Source: Octopus vulgaris
Lineage: Eukaryota
Direction: 5' to 3'
DNA: 64,000 nt
NCBI GenBank assembly: GCA_951406725.2
Contig: OX597825.1
Coordinates: 10,044,001-10,108,000 of the forward strand
Below are positions 1 through 13,342 of the stretch, in pieces (the stretch's first letter is position 1; each line of letters begins with the position of its first letter). The notes under the pieces were generated by a model, which worked only from the letters and a program-made list of their open reading frames with translations, made no database searches and was not told where the DNA came from. The position numbers and the translations under genes are program-made.

Positions 1-88
1 CAAAGAATAAGTCCTGGGGTCGATTTGTTCGACTAAAGGCGGTGCTCCAGTATGGCCACAGTCAAATGGCTGAAACAAAAAAAGAAAA
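1..88 (+). mobile_element. 3' end of SINE family A (cut by window edge)
   Basis: Matches the 3' end of the fuller copies at 31414-31825 and 40389-40825 (aagaataagtcctggggtcgattt...ggtgctccag.atggccacagtcaaatg.ctgaaacaa). Confidence 0.85.
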
Positions 89-189
89 GAAGTATTTGTT
101 TTTTACTGTAAGGCCTCTCCCATTATTATTGTTGTTGTTGTTGTTGTTGTTGTTGTTATTGTTGTTGTTGTTGTTGTTGTTCTTGTTGT

Positions 190-431
190 GTGTGTGTCAT
201 GCAAAAGAGAATTGGACAAAATCGGTCTGCAAGTGGGGAGCGGGGAGTCAAATTTTCAAAAGGTTTTTCTATAGAAAGCTTTCCCCCATCATTTTCAAGG
301 GTGTGGTGAAAAGAAATTCGAAACATCCACGTCAAAAACGGAGAAAATCCAACGTATGTAGGTGTGCTATTCCGAAAGTCCGCCAAGGCATTCTGTTGTG
401 AAAATTACCGGGCAACGACGGGATACTCAGC

Positions 432-434
<3 letters not shown>
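190..434 (+). mobile_element. Non-autonomous Helitron-like element, 3' part
   Basis: Ends in a GC-rich subterminal motif ccgggcaacgacggg followed by CTAG|T at 431-435, the Helitron 3' signature. The 5' boundary is unclear. Confidence 0.55.
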
Positions 435-467
<33 letters not shown>

Positions 468-709
468 TGATACAGTTAATTTCTTGTAGCGATTTTAAAG
501 CAATATAAACTGGGGATCTGAGCGAGATAGTTTGATACTCAGCAGAAGTACTGCCACGGGGGGGGGTTCATGAAGCGGGAAATGTGAATGACAGAGAAAA
601 AGGGGTCTTCACCCCAAAATATAGAAACACATGATAAAACTGTTTTCTTTTTGTCGTTTACTTTGTACCTTTTCGCATTGTTCCTACCTTACACAACAAC
701 CTTCTTTAA

Positions 710-1112
710 TCTATAATATAAATTGGACATGGGCGATCGTTGTATTCTTTCTTGTCTTGAGGTTCACAGCCAAACGGCAGGGTGGATTCGCATGAAAAAT
801 GGCACACATTTGGAGACGGATGCATAGATTGGAATGCAGTTTGTATTTTTCCCTAGCCCCTATAGTTACCGAGAAAATGGATTAAAACTTTTTCTAATGG
901 AATTTCCCTATTTCTTCTGCCATTAAAACAACCAGTTGCTCAGAAGCTTTTTTCTGATGGGTCAGGAAATTTTCATATAGCTGGAGGTTCCAATCTAAAC
1001 AGGGAACCCGAAATGATCAGGTTGACAAACGCTGTTATAGATTATGCCTAACCGAAAACGATCACAGCCAAATCATCGGAACAGACCGGGTAAAACCAGG
1101 CTTAGCTGCTAG
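710..1112 (+). mobile_element. Non-autonomous Helitron-like element
   Basis: A|TC 5' end (aa|tctataatata), subterminal imperfect hairpin (ccgggtaaaaccagg), CTAG|T 3' end. Inserted between A and T with no TSD. Confidence 0.65.
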
Positions 1113-1121
1113 TATGTATAT

Positions 1122-1880
1122 ACGATCCTAAAAATCAGTCACCATGAATTTCTGCTCTGGCTCTCTTAGGTCTTGGAGACGAGATATGATACCATTTCTT
1201 CGTGGATTTAGTTTTCGTTATCAAATCATAAAGATATGCCGAAGATTCATCTAGATCGCAAAAAAATTGCCTCTTCATTGGCTTCAAATGCCTCCCACAG
1301 AACAGAGCAGATATTTACACTTTCCCCCTTCAAATTAGATGCCAACCAGGGGCGGACTGAGCCGTCGGTCAATCGCGCACTGCCCGAAGGCCCGGAGCTC
1401 TGAATGGCCCTACTCTAGAGCAGTCTGCAATCTTTAATATCAATGCTAAGAAGCCCGGTAAACAATTATGTCCGAGGGCCCTTAATACTCTCAGTCCGCC
1501 CCTGATGCCAGTTGCCGAGGTAACGAATCTGCACACACTGTCTAATACCCAATGCTTTTCACCATCTTCTGCAAATGCATTGTGACCGCAGTTCCGTTGT
1601 ACAAGGTCAAGGATATTAACTCACTTGCCGGCGTGGCTCAATTTGTCCGCTCGCTGGCAATTTATGTCACTAATTGCAGTTGATGGTCTCCCACGAAGTG
1701 GTTTGTCTTCGATGCTGGTTTTTCATTCTTTAAATATCTTCGTCCATCTGCACACATTGCTCTTGCCAATGGCATCGTCATTATGAACGAACCTGTAACC
1801 TTTTGTTGGTTTCGGACAGTCTGGAACCGCTCCATTGACAAGAACTCAATGACAGTACGCTACTCCGACTTGGAACTCAT
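1122..1880 (-). pseudogene. Decayed mariner transposase, N-terminal half
   Basis: Minus-strand translation with stops and frameshifts: MSSKSE*RTVIEFL...NVCRWTKIFKE*KTSIEDKPLRGRPSTA...FMVTDF*D. This resembles the mariner HTH region, the GRP motif and the MxTVFWD motif. Confidence 0.75.
1347..1504. mobile_element. 158-bp MITE, probably hAT-type, nested in the mariner relic
   Basis: Perfect 15-bp TIRs CAGGGGCGGACTGAG / CTCAGTCCGCCCCTG. The 8-bp flanks atgccaac / atgccagt match at 6/8, consistent with a decayed 8-bp TSD. Confidence 0.8.
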
Positions 1881-1969
1881 TAATTGGTAGCAATAAATAA
1901 GAACAAGAAGAGTTGTTATCCACATAGGAATTGTTCTATCAACATACGGTAACTGAAGGACCAATGCTT

Positions 1970-2545
1970 AAGGCGGCGAGCTGGCAGAAACGTTAGCACG
2001 CCGGGCGAAATGCGTAGCCGTATTTCGTCTGCCGTTACGTTCTGAGTTCAAATTCCATCGAGGTCGACTTTGCCTTTCATCCTTTCGGGGTCGATAAAGT
2101 AAGTACCAGTTACGCACTGGGGTTGATGTAATCGACTTAATCCGTTTGTCTGTCCTTGTTTGTCCCCTCTGTGTTTAGCCCCTTGTGGGTAATAAAGAAA
2201 TAAGTATTTCGTCTGCCGCTATAAATAACATTTTCATATGACACCGCAAATAAATGTTGTTGACACACTACAGCAGAAATTGAAATCACCTAAATAGACG
2301 TCATTGATTGGTTGAAATTGCCGAAATGCAAGAAATTAAAGAACAAATAGCTTACAAACTACAGAATTTTCTCAAGAAAGCCAAGAGAAAAAAGATGTTT
2401 TATAAACACATTCTACCAGTATACGAAGTTTAAAAGTGTTTAGTTACAAAGAAATTATTTTAAAAATCTGCCGGTCAAAACGAAAAGATCCTTGACTATC
2501 CCCCTGCCCCAAATTTCAGGCCTTGTACCTATAGTAGAAAGGAAC
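1970..2545 (+). mobile_element. SINE family B interrupted by an unrelated ~270-bp sequence (2221-2490)
   Basis: Head ggcggcgagctggcagaaacgttagc, B-box-like gagttcaaattcc and body run to 2220. The family 3' end (aaatttcaggccttgtacctatagtagaaag) resumes at ~2491. Confidence 0.8.
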
Positions 2546-2675
2546 GACCAATTCTGGTTACAAGAGGAAAAAAAACTTCTGGCCATTTTTATATAACTTT
2601 CTTCGTATAAGTTCCATGCACATTTCTCTTATGTAATTTTACAACCAAATATTGTGTCTGTATGTATATATATAC

Positions 2676-2722
<47 letters not shown>

Positions 2723-3119
2723 CAGAGAGAGAGACAGAGAGAGAGACAGAGAGACAGAGAGAGAGACAGAGAGAGAGATGTTTACACACATATACACACA
2801 TATATATACGCCCACATATACATAAATGTATATGCACACATTTTATACAGTAAGTTTTACAAATATATATATAGATATATAGATAGATACAAATAGATGC
2901 AAATATAATTATATACAAATGTGTGTGAATGAGGAGAGAGTGAGAGAGGGGGAAGAGACAGAGAAGTTTGTGTATGTGTGTGTGTGTGTTGTGTGTCAGT
3001 GTGAACGTGTGAGTGTGAGTGTGCGTGTAAATTCGCGTGTATATCAGCTCTTCTGCCCGTGTGTGTATGTGGTTGTATGTGTGTGTGTGGTTGTGTGTGT
3101 GTGTGTGTATATATAATAA

Positions 3120-3344
3120 CTAATAGCTGAGAGAGGCAGGCATCCCGGCAGACAAATAGATATAAACAAACAGAAATAGATACAAATACTCACAGTGTTT
3201 TAGACAGACGGCCGAGCAGTTAGTTGGATTACCAGTTTCTCTGCTGAGAAAAAAGTAGCAGCTTAAAGCTGGAAAAATTATATATTTAAAACAACAACAA
3301 CAACAACAACAACAAACTTTCATCCAAAAAACACTTCTGACATC
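3120..3344 (+). promoter_or_regulatory. Probable 5' UTR / promoter-proximal region of the Kv-beta gene
   Basis: Non-repeat sequence directly upstream of catcATGG. In-frame TAA at 3264-3266 with no intervening ATG. The TSS is not identifiable. Confidence 0.35.
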
Positions 3345-3364
3345 ATGGCTAAACCTACATACCG
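3345..3364 (+). CDS. KCNAB: Kv channel beta subunit, probable first coding exon (MAKPTY-R)
   Basis: Strong Kozak catcATGG, then ATG GCT AAA CCT ACA TAC CG|gtgagt. The phase-2 donor fits the phase-2 acceptor at 40989, giving the family motif YRNLGKSGL. Confidence 0.7.
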
Positions 3365-3483
3365 GTGAGTTTTTTTGTTTTTTTTTCAAAATAAATTTAT
3401 TTTTAGTTTATTAACTCTCAACCAAACTTCGATATAACTTACATTTAAATATCATTTAATTGCAATGCGCAACTTTTAAGTTT

Positions 3484-3796
3484 CGCTATGGTGGTACAAA
3501 CGGTAAAGTGGTCGACCTGCATAACGACAGGTATTTGGGTTCGATTCCGGCAGACGATTCTGTTCACTTGGTTTCTGTCTTTTGTCGTATTTATACTTCG
3601 TTTTTTTTTGGATTTGGTTTGCAAGATTCTTTATGTGAGTTCGTGTGTTGAAGCATATTCTGTTGTGTCTGGGGAGAGTCATTCTCTTTTAGTGCCTTAT
3701 TATTTAACACACGCACACACACCGGTAAAATTTCCACTTATTTCTAATTTTCATTTTTTCTAAAATTTTCTTTGCGTCTTGGCAACCTTTTCAATA
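3484..3796. mobile_element. Repeat family J (Penelope-like-derived) preceded by a tRNA-like segment
   Basis: 3600-3796 matches 13730-13916. A-box-like tggtacaaacggta and B-box ggttcgattcc (3538-3548) lie on +. A decayed hammerhead-like motif lies on - at the right end. Confidence 0.6.
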
Positions 3797-4887
3797 ATTG
3801 TTGAATCTGTCCGTTATTTACACTGCGTTCCCTTTTGTTGGTTTTTGCGCATGTGTGTGGGTCAATGGGTCAGTATATGTGTGTGTGTGTGTGCCTATAC
3901 ATGCATGCATGTACGTATATATATGCGTGTGTGTGTTTGCATGTGTATGTATGTATATGTGTGTGTGTATGTATGTATATATGTGTGGGCATGCATATGT
4001 ATGTATGTATGTGTGTGCATCTCTATGTACGTATCCTGCATATTTATGTTCTTGCCTGTCCGTGTTTGTGTATTTTCTGTGTGTGTGTGTGTGAGCATGT
4101 GTTTGTATATATATATGCACCTCTGTCTCCTTGTGTGTGTGCATGTCTGTGTGTGTGTGTATGTGTGTGTGTGTGTTATGTAACTATGTACCATGTTTGT
4201 ACGTATGGATGTGCATCTTTATATGTGTGGATCCGTGTCTCCATATCTGTCTGTTCATATAGTCTATATACCTATCCGTCTGTAGGTATATTATAGACTA
4301 TATAACCCTTGGCACTGTCAAAGTCTGAAAGATGGAGTTTCATGAGTGCCTGGAATCAGCTGAAATAGATTTATAACTCCGTAATATTGATCGTATTTAT
4401 AAATGTATCATTACGAGTTCAAATGTCAACTTCGCCTTGCATTCTTTTGTAGTGGATAAAAAAAAAACAATTATTCGTCAGGTATTGCGTTCGATGTAAA
4501 CTGACTCCATCCTTTCTCCAGCAAAATATCTGACCTTGAGCCTGTACAAGAAATTATTAAATCGGTCGGGCCTCATAACAAAATGCAGAAAGATATTTGC
4601 TTTGAGCCGTTTGCGGTTAAGTTTTCTTACCTCCGTGATTCGGAATAAAATAGTAGAAAAGATATTATAGTTTATAAACTAGTTTTGGTACTTTAGTTTA
4701 ATTATAATAGGTATAATAAGCTAAAATAAATGTTGTACCCTTCATAGTAGAGCCTGGGGTGATCGATTGTCCGTTATTTCCTCTTGCAACTGTAACATAC
4801 ACGCGCGTGCAAACATATACATACATACATACATACATAATTATATATACGTGTGTGTGTGCGCGAGAGAGAGAGCGTGCATGTGTG

Positions 4888-4944
<57 letters not shown>

Positions 4945-5131
4945 GACACACTATTGTAGATTATTTTTAACCGAACTTGTCAATCGGTTTCGCACGTGAG
5001 AGTTTGCGAAAAAAAAAAAAAACCTAACCCATGGCACTTTCAAAGTCTGAGAGACTGAGTTTCATGAGTGCCCGGAACCAGCTGAAATAGATTTATAACT
5101 CCGTAATATATATATATAGATATATATATAT

Positions 5132-5199
<68 letters not shown>

Positions 5200-5934
5200 G
5201 CCCAGAAAAAATTAACGAGTGCCTGTGCTTTTCTGATTAACGGATTCTTAGGCGAGATATTGATCAACCTGTGTAACACCTGAAGACGCTTACTCAAAGC
5301 GTCACGTGATGGAATTAAACCCGGAGCCGGGTGGTTGCGAAGCGAATTTCTTAATCACCCAACCGTATCTGCGGTCAACTATATATTTTTATCTATGCAC
5401 ACTCTCTTATGAACACACGCACACACAGAAATATATGAATACATTATCGCTTCACATACTTAATGAGACAAACTTCGATTTATTGAAAATGCAATACAAA
5501 TAACGCTCAAAAGTTCCGTCGAGTGATAGGGAAGGTACTGTAAAGTGCGCTTTCTTTTCTGAAAAAAAAAAACAAATGGTTTTTATCTCACCTTTTTTAA
5601 TAGATGCAAGACTGTATCGAATTTGGATTTAGTGTGGAGAAAAAAGTTTTTGCAATATATAATATAAGCTAACAAGAGCAATTTAAATATAGCCATCGAA
5701 GTTTCAAATCTCTTCATTGACATAATTTAAAAAGGGAGAGAGAGAGCGAAAGGAAGAGAGGGAGGAAGATTATATCAGGATTACTGACAATAATCTTGAC
5801 ATATTTTGTAAGGAAGGGAAGGGAAGAGAAGGAAGGAAGGAAGGAAGGAAGGATGGATGAATGGATGAATGGATGGATGGATGGATGGATGGATGGAGGT
5901 ACTATTAACCTCTTAGATGTATAAAGAAAATCGG

Positions 5935-6673
5935 CATACCGACACAAGTGTGTGCTCCCCCTCCATCGCGATTTTGCTTCCTCATAACTTTTAGAAAAGT
6001 GATTTTTTTCAAATGAAATTTTCTAAAAATACTCTTCAGGTGGTGTAAATTAGAATAATATCGGCATTTGAGATGAAAATTGTTTTTTTTTTGTTTTTTT
6101 TTCTTTTCGAGAATGGGGTGAGAAGTTTCGGAAAATTCACATGAGTCGGTTTTGATTTCTCATAACTTTCTGAAAAATTGGTATTTTTTAATAAAATTTC
6201 ATACAAATACCTTTCAGAGCGTGTAGACAACGAATACATTGGAATTTAATATGGCAAAAAAAAAAAAAAAAAATCGGTGAACGCATCACAATTTTTTTTT
6301 TTTTTCCGAAATTTCAAGATGCATGTGATGTGTGTCAGTATGTATGTGTGTAAGTCCACCATTTTTAGGTTTTCTCATATTAAATTCTGATATGACCGTA
6401 ATCTACACACTCTGAAAGGTAGTTGTGGAACATCTCGTGAGAAATTACCCATTTTTCTGAAAGTTATGAGAAAACAAAAATCAGACTCGAGTGAATTTTC
6501 CGAAACAACCTCTCTCCACTCTCGGAAATAATTTTTCCACAACAAATTCCGATACAACCGAGAATGGTACACCATCTGAAGTGGATTTCTAGATTTCATT
6601 AAAAACAAATATCCATTTCTCTGGAAGTTATGAGGAAACAAATTCGAGAGGGAAGAACAGTTGTGTAGGTATG
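5935..6673. mobile_element. Foldback/MITE-like DNA element with long degenerate TIRs
   Basis: Left cataccgacacaagtgtgtgctcccc...ttcctcataacttt matches the reverse complement of the right end, catacctacacaactgttcttccc...ttcctcataacttc. The motif ctcataacttt recurs internally in both orientations. Confidence 0.6.
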
Positions 6674-6829
6674 AGAGAAAATCAAGGACTTTTGTTTATT
6701 TATTATTTTTCGCACTTTTGCTCTTTGTATAGAGAAGATCACAAGCACAGGTAGATATAGAAGGCATTCCCCAGCGTATGTGATGGTGACACTCCGGCTG
6801 ATTGCACGAAGTACTGGTTCTTTGAGCCG

Positions 6830-7280
<451 letters not shown>

Positions 7281-7403
7281 CACCCACAGGTACTTCGCAT
7301 TTCCCAGACGTACTTGAAATGTACACAGACTACAGATGGACACCATAACTATCACACATCACGTGGTGTAAACAACGCGCGTGCGTGTGCATGCGCGTGC
7401 ATA

Positions 7404-7434
<31 letters not shown>

Positions 7435-7616
7435 ATGTGTATGCGTGTGTGTACTCAGTGATGCTTCGATTGCTCTTGCCTTGACTCCTACTGCCGCCAC
7501 CGCCACCACCACCACCACTACTACTACGATCGGCCAGCTTACGTTTATCCTTCTGCACATTCCATTCTTATTTTCTCTCTCTACCACCAAACCCATCATC
7601 AATTCCTTCTAACTAC

Positions 7617-7676
<60 letters not shown>

Positions 7677-8890
7677 AGTCTGCCTCACCCCCTCTCTCTC
7701 TCTCTATTTACCTATTCATCTCCCCAACTTCCTATTTTTATATACACTTTCTTCTCACTTGGTTCTATAAGTGTTATATATAGTTATGTAAGTAGCTCTG
7801 TAGAGGGTAGTTGCCTATTTTAGCGCACCAGGCAGCACACCGCATCCGTATCATCTCTAAACCTATTTATATGCATGCTTACATCTCTCTCTCTCTCATT
7901 CTCTCTCCATATCTATCTATCTATCTATATTTACCTAAGGATGTTTGTCTCTCTATTACTTTCTCTATTTATTTACTCCATCTTCTAAGCTTTATTTTCC
8001 TTTTTCTCTTTTTCATACTAGAATCTCTTTATTTACCAATATTTCCTTATCTCTCTATTTCATCCTGTCAATATTTCTTGCGATACATCTATATATAGAT
8101 ATATCGCTATTTCACTGTCTTTCTGTGAGTATGTGTACGCATACATCTACTTGTGTGTGTCTGTGCTCTGTTCTTGTTTTATATTTTATTATCTGTATTC
8201 TTTCTCCGAGGAAATTGTTGCTGGTTTCTTAAAGAAACAACATCACTCGAATTTGGATAACAAAAACGCTTACATATCGAACTTGCTTATTTTATATTGT
8301 TCTGCTTTTAGAGTGTATTCACAGGGTCCATATTAGTTCTTTACTTTGTTTGCCTGTAAACTCCAGCTCTTCGAGACTGTCACCAAACCATTCACTAGAA
8401 TAGTGAAAGTAGATCAATATTTATCAGTGTAAATGTGAATCTATAACCTGAGGAGACAGAAAGGGAGAATCGAAGTGAAGAACAACTAGTTGTAAGGTTT
8501 CTCTGTTTCACTGATTTTGGTAGAAACGTTCACATCTGCAGGGTAGCTTTCACCTCTACGACTACAGAATCTTTCTTCTCTGCCCCAATCGACTATTCTA
8601 AATTTAATATGCTTACACCTGATGATAGGCGGTAGAGGTGGTGGGGAGGAATGTCAAAAGAAGAGACACAACGTTTTTTCCTTTGTGTGTTGTAAAAGAC
8701 CATTAAAAATGGTTGCGGTAACATTTTGCACTCCGACCTCCTAAAACCCTTCACTAGCAACGACTACCCATGCGTTGGTGGGGTTGCCGCCTGAGTGACC
8801 CAAGGGTGTCGTCTGCCAGGAGTTGTAAGGAATCACCGACAGAGGGTAGATACTGCTACTGCTGCTGTTGTTGTTGTTGTTGTTGTTGTT

Positions 8891-9083
8891 GAGCAACAAG
8901 ACGGGTAAGGGTGATTAGGCGATGGCCTAATGCTTAGGGGCGGGAGACCCCAGACCTTGGGGAAAAAAAAACTTTGGTTGTCTTGTTGTAGTCGAGGGCT
9001 CTTCGTTGACGCCCGGCACCATTGGGAGGTGGCCCTCGAAGTCGCTGGAAATGGAGATCTCCAGGTCCAAATTCTTGAACGGC
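8891..9083 (-). mobile_element. Short structured repeat family H, copy 1
   Basis: Closely similar to 32568-32760. (CAA)n tail on the - strand, with CAG-type triplets on both flanks. Confidence 0.75.
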
Positions 9084-9199
9084 TGCTGCTACTACTACTA
9101 CTTTGTGGGAGTTTAAATGGAAATGTTTCGTTAATAGTCTTTGTGATAGGTTTTAGTATCTATGAAGTGAAAAAAACTATAGGCCTATATCTCTCACTT

Positions 9200-10512
9200 C
9201 ACACATCAGCAAAGTCATGGAATGGATAGTCAGAGGGAAACTAACCTCATTCCTCGAAGAAAATAACTTACTGAGTGATATCCAGCAGGGCTTTCGACCA
9301 GGTAAGAGCTGCCTCACCCAGCTCTTACAACATTATGTTGAGGCAATTACTCAACAACTCAAATGTGGACGTAATATACCTTGATTTTGAAAAAGCTTTT
9401 GACAAAGTGGATCATGATATGATATGCAATAAACTGCGTGACCTCACAATAGCTGGAAAACTTGGAGTGTGGTTACATGACTTTCTGAAAGATAGAAGTC
9501 GGGCCGTAGTGACCAATGGAGTCACCTCAATGAAAAGAAAAGTAGTGAGTGGTGTTCCACAGGGCACTGTCTTGGGACCACTGCTTTTCATAGTGGCCCT
9601 CTCAGATATGCCCTCAATTGCCTGGATAGCCACCCTTGCTAACTATGCAGAAGATATGAAAATCTTGCAGAAATACAGAATCCCAGCGATGTTGCACATC
9701 TGCAGCAGGAGTTGGACTCAGTTTATAGATGGGCTGAAGATAATAATATGCAGTTCAATGCTGAAAAATTCCAAGCCCTGTGCTACCAGTATCCAAAATT
9801 AAACATGAAACTTACAGGGTAAACTGGTCCACAGGGAATTACAATCTCAAAGCCTAAGTCTGTGAGGGACCTGGGTATCGACATGAGTGATGATACCTCT
9901 TTCCAAGTGCACATTACCAGGATGGTGACAAAGTGCAGACGACTGGCTGGCTGGATCCTGAGAACATTCAGAACAAGAGATAAGGAAACCATGACGGTCC
10001 TATGGAGGACATTCGTCTTCAGCCACCTGGATTACTGTTCCCAGTGATGGTCACCCAACAGTGTAAAATTAACAGCGGACCTTGAAGCAATCCAGCATAG
10101 ATTCACAAAGATCGTCTCTTTGCAACAGCTCAGCTACTGGGAAAGGCTGAAACAGCTTAGACTCTACTCCCTGGAGCGAAGGCAGGAAAGGTATTCAGTA
10201 ATATACATCTGGAAGATCCTGGAAGGGATTGTGCCAAACTCTAGCATTGAAAGCTACACCAATGCCAGAACGGGTAGACACTGCACAGTGCCAAAGATCC
10301 CAGCAATGACATCGTGCTTCAGGACCAGTTACTGCAACAGCCTGAGTTTCAGGGGCTCACAGCTTTTTTTAATATACCTCCAAAGAGCCTGAGAGACCTA
10401 CACAAAGTGGATGTAGGTATTTTCAGATCAAAACCGGACTTCTTCCTGTCAAGAGTCCCAGATGAACCTACCGCACAGCAAGAGGTGCAAATGAGGGTAG
10501 CTACATCAATTT
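9200..10512 (+). mobile_element. 5'-truncated, disrupted CR1-like LINE (reverse transcriptase and C-terminal region)
   Basis: DVIYLDFEKAFDKVDH, SGVPQGTVLGPLLF, YAED (decayed YADD), RDLGI, WILRTF, HLDYCSQ, LSYWERLKQLRLYSLERR across frameshifted ORFs. Confidence 0.9.
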
Positions 10513-12089
10513 AAATGTCAAAGGGAATCTAACGGTTTTGTGTGTTTCTTAAATGTCTGATAAACACCTTCCATGCTGCAATTATTTATATTTATATAAA
10601 TATATTGTTAAGTTTTTCAACTGTCAACATCTCTCAGTATTAATTCTCTGTGAAAATTTATTTCTTTTCTCTCACTTCTACGACATCTGCCATTGCTTAT
10701 TATCCTTGCATTTTCTACAGTTGCAGAGTGCATTAACGTTGCATTTTCTTGTCAACTAATCTGTCTCACCTTTATATAAACAATTTTTTCATCTTGAGCC
10801 ATCCTTTCAATTGCTAACTTACAACAATTCAAGCAAAGTGCAAAAAGAAAGAAAAAATCTGGTCTGCTCTCATCAGATACTCTCTCTGCTTCAGTCCAAA
10901 ATATAGATTAGAATAATCCTTCCATGCAATAGGGTGATCAATAGAACCAGTTCTTAAACTTTTGTGATTATTGATGTGAATCATTTATATTGATTTGTCC
11001 CCTCAAAACTCTGGCTAGTATATGAATTAATGCAATATAGATGATGTGTCTAAAGAAGAAGAAAAAAAAAGCATTACACCACTTATTACAGATTTATAGG
11101 TAGACTCCATTTGGCCACTTATATATATTCCACACATTTCTGTACAGAATGATGTAAATAAACTCTGAACACAGTCTCACTTCTTTAAGTAAATTACTAA
11201 GTATAACTTAATACTTTTAACATAATTTAGAGAGGAATGTAAAATTCCAACATTTGTAATAACCATTGTCAATGCAACCACTAACCACGTCAAAAGTTAA
11301 GTAAAATGTAAGAGAAGATGAATGATGCCTTTTACATAAGATCATACCACAGCGCTTGGCATAAAGTTTTAAGTATTTAATGGTTATGCAACTAGAACAC
11401 TTAGAAAAATGAGTGTTTTTTTCATTCTTTATTCCAAAGAATCGATCTCCACCAACAACAAAGGGTGTGTATGTATAGTATTAATAGTTAGCACATTAGT
11501 GAAACAGGATCTGTATCGATTCCATTTTAGAAATATGACAAGAGATAATGATAATGGCAGAGATTAATATTACAGGACTTTCTGTGAATTCAGAAAAATG
11601 GATATTGATTTGAGTTTCAGAGTTCAAGAAATATATTTAATCATTCCTTGAGCCATTTACTAATACAGATGATACATAACTTTACATTGATATTGTTAAA
11701 GTGGATGACAGGCAAATATATCTCCCTGGATAGGATTATAGCCATCACTAAATAAACTTCTCTACAAGTGGTATTTTTTTATGCAAGAACATTGGTTCTG
11801 TGATTGTAAAAGGAAGAGGCTACATCAATAATCACAAAAGGTGAAGAATTAAAACTTCAATGCCATCATTGTCATTGCTTTTATTCAGCTATTTTAATGG
11901 TGGTATGGGTTAGACAAAGTCTGCAGAGGGCAGTATTTACAAGTAAATGACAACCCTCACTTGGTTTCAAGTAACATGCTTTATTCCTTACTTTTAAGTA
12001 AGCTATTTTATTCCACCCATCACCAAGGAACAAGATTAGTTTTTGTGCAGAGTATACACAATTTCATTATAACTAAAGTGATATATATA

Positions 12090-12520
12090 TGGAGAAATCA
12101 CAAAAAAAAACAAAAGACGAAGACAGGTGGTGTAGACAGCAAACAGATGTCTTAGTATAACACTCAGGAAGTGAAAAAGTCTTTAACATTTCGAGCCTAC
12201 GCTCCTCCACAGAAAGGAACACAGAAAGAACCAAGGAGAGAAAATAAAGAATGTGTAGTGGCTGGTGATCTATCATGACGAAGGCTGGACAGAAGGGTCA
12301 CACAGGAGAGCTAGGAAGAAGGGGAGATAATAAAGTAGTGGTGATCCCAAAACGAAGGTGTGCATGCGTGTGTATAAGAGAGTTTGTATGTGCATGTGGA
12401 AGAAGGCTGGTGATCTTGACGTGTGCATGTGTATGTATGATATATATGTATATGTAGGGAGAATTCACAAAAAACAAAAGACGAAGACAGGTGGTGTAGA
12501 CAACAAACAGATGTATTATA
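12090..12520 (-). mobile_element. Repeat family I (Penelope-like pseudo-LTR) with partial terminal duplication
   Basis: 12090-12150 is repeated at 12457-12515. Homologous to 55198-55372 and 60581-60908. Hammerhead-like motif at 12181-12216 on -. Confidence 0.65.
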
Positions 12521-13152
12521 TATATATTGATTAATTAAGGATAAAACCACTTAATGATTTTATCAAGTATGTTACCAGTATGTTAAAACCATTTAGGTAA
12601 ATATTTATACTGATATGTAATTATATTGATATAATTATAGCAAAACAGTCTGGATAAGCACACCAACATACTGGAAATAGATGCTAATAGCTCTATAAAC
12701 CACATTATTTGGATCGATTAGTAATCAAAGGTCTCCATAGATAAAAAGTGGTTGTGAACCGCTGATTAATCTGAATCCAACCAAATTCCATACCACCTTT
12801 AAAGTGTGTCCCTAATTATGAACATAATCTATACCTTAATGAATATGTCATTGCCACAATTACACAAAAACAAAAATGACAATGGATTTTATGACATTTA
12901 TAATAATATCACCACAGGAACCAGAAATGAAATCAAAAGCATGAACTTGATGCAACCATTTCCGCATGTATCATTCGCAAAGATTTTTTTAAATAAAAGA
13001 ATCTAAATTTAAGCATGTTCTTCGAATTTTCATTCCATATCTCCCAAAAATATGTATTCTAATGTGTGTGTATGTGTGTCTATAGGTGAGTAAATGTATT
13101 TAAACATATGAGTATATATATATGTATATATATATATATGTATATATATATA

Positions 13153-13208
<56 letters not shown>

Positions 13209-13221
13209 GTGTGTGTGTGTG

Positions 13222-13265
<44 letters not shown>

Positions 13266-13302
13266 ATATATATATATATATGTATGTGTGTATATATATG
13301 TA

Positions 13303-13342
<40 letters not shown>

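Noticed and set aside
531-551. tttgatactcagcagaagta resembling the Kv-beta FDTAEV motif
   Set aside because: It needs a frameshift, lacks the surrounding residues and splice sites, and lies upstream of exon 1. The real exon is probably beyond the window.
11245-11257. Short match complementary to the 44-nt exon as an editing-complementary sequence
   Set aside because: Only ~11 nt and 30 kb away, which is expected by chance.
13072-13091. ATG TGT GTC TAT AG|gtgagt (MCVYR) as an alternative first exon
   Set aside because: It is phase-compatible but embedded in a TG/TA microsatellite with poor start context, so likely chance.
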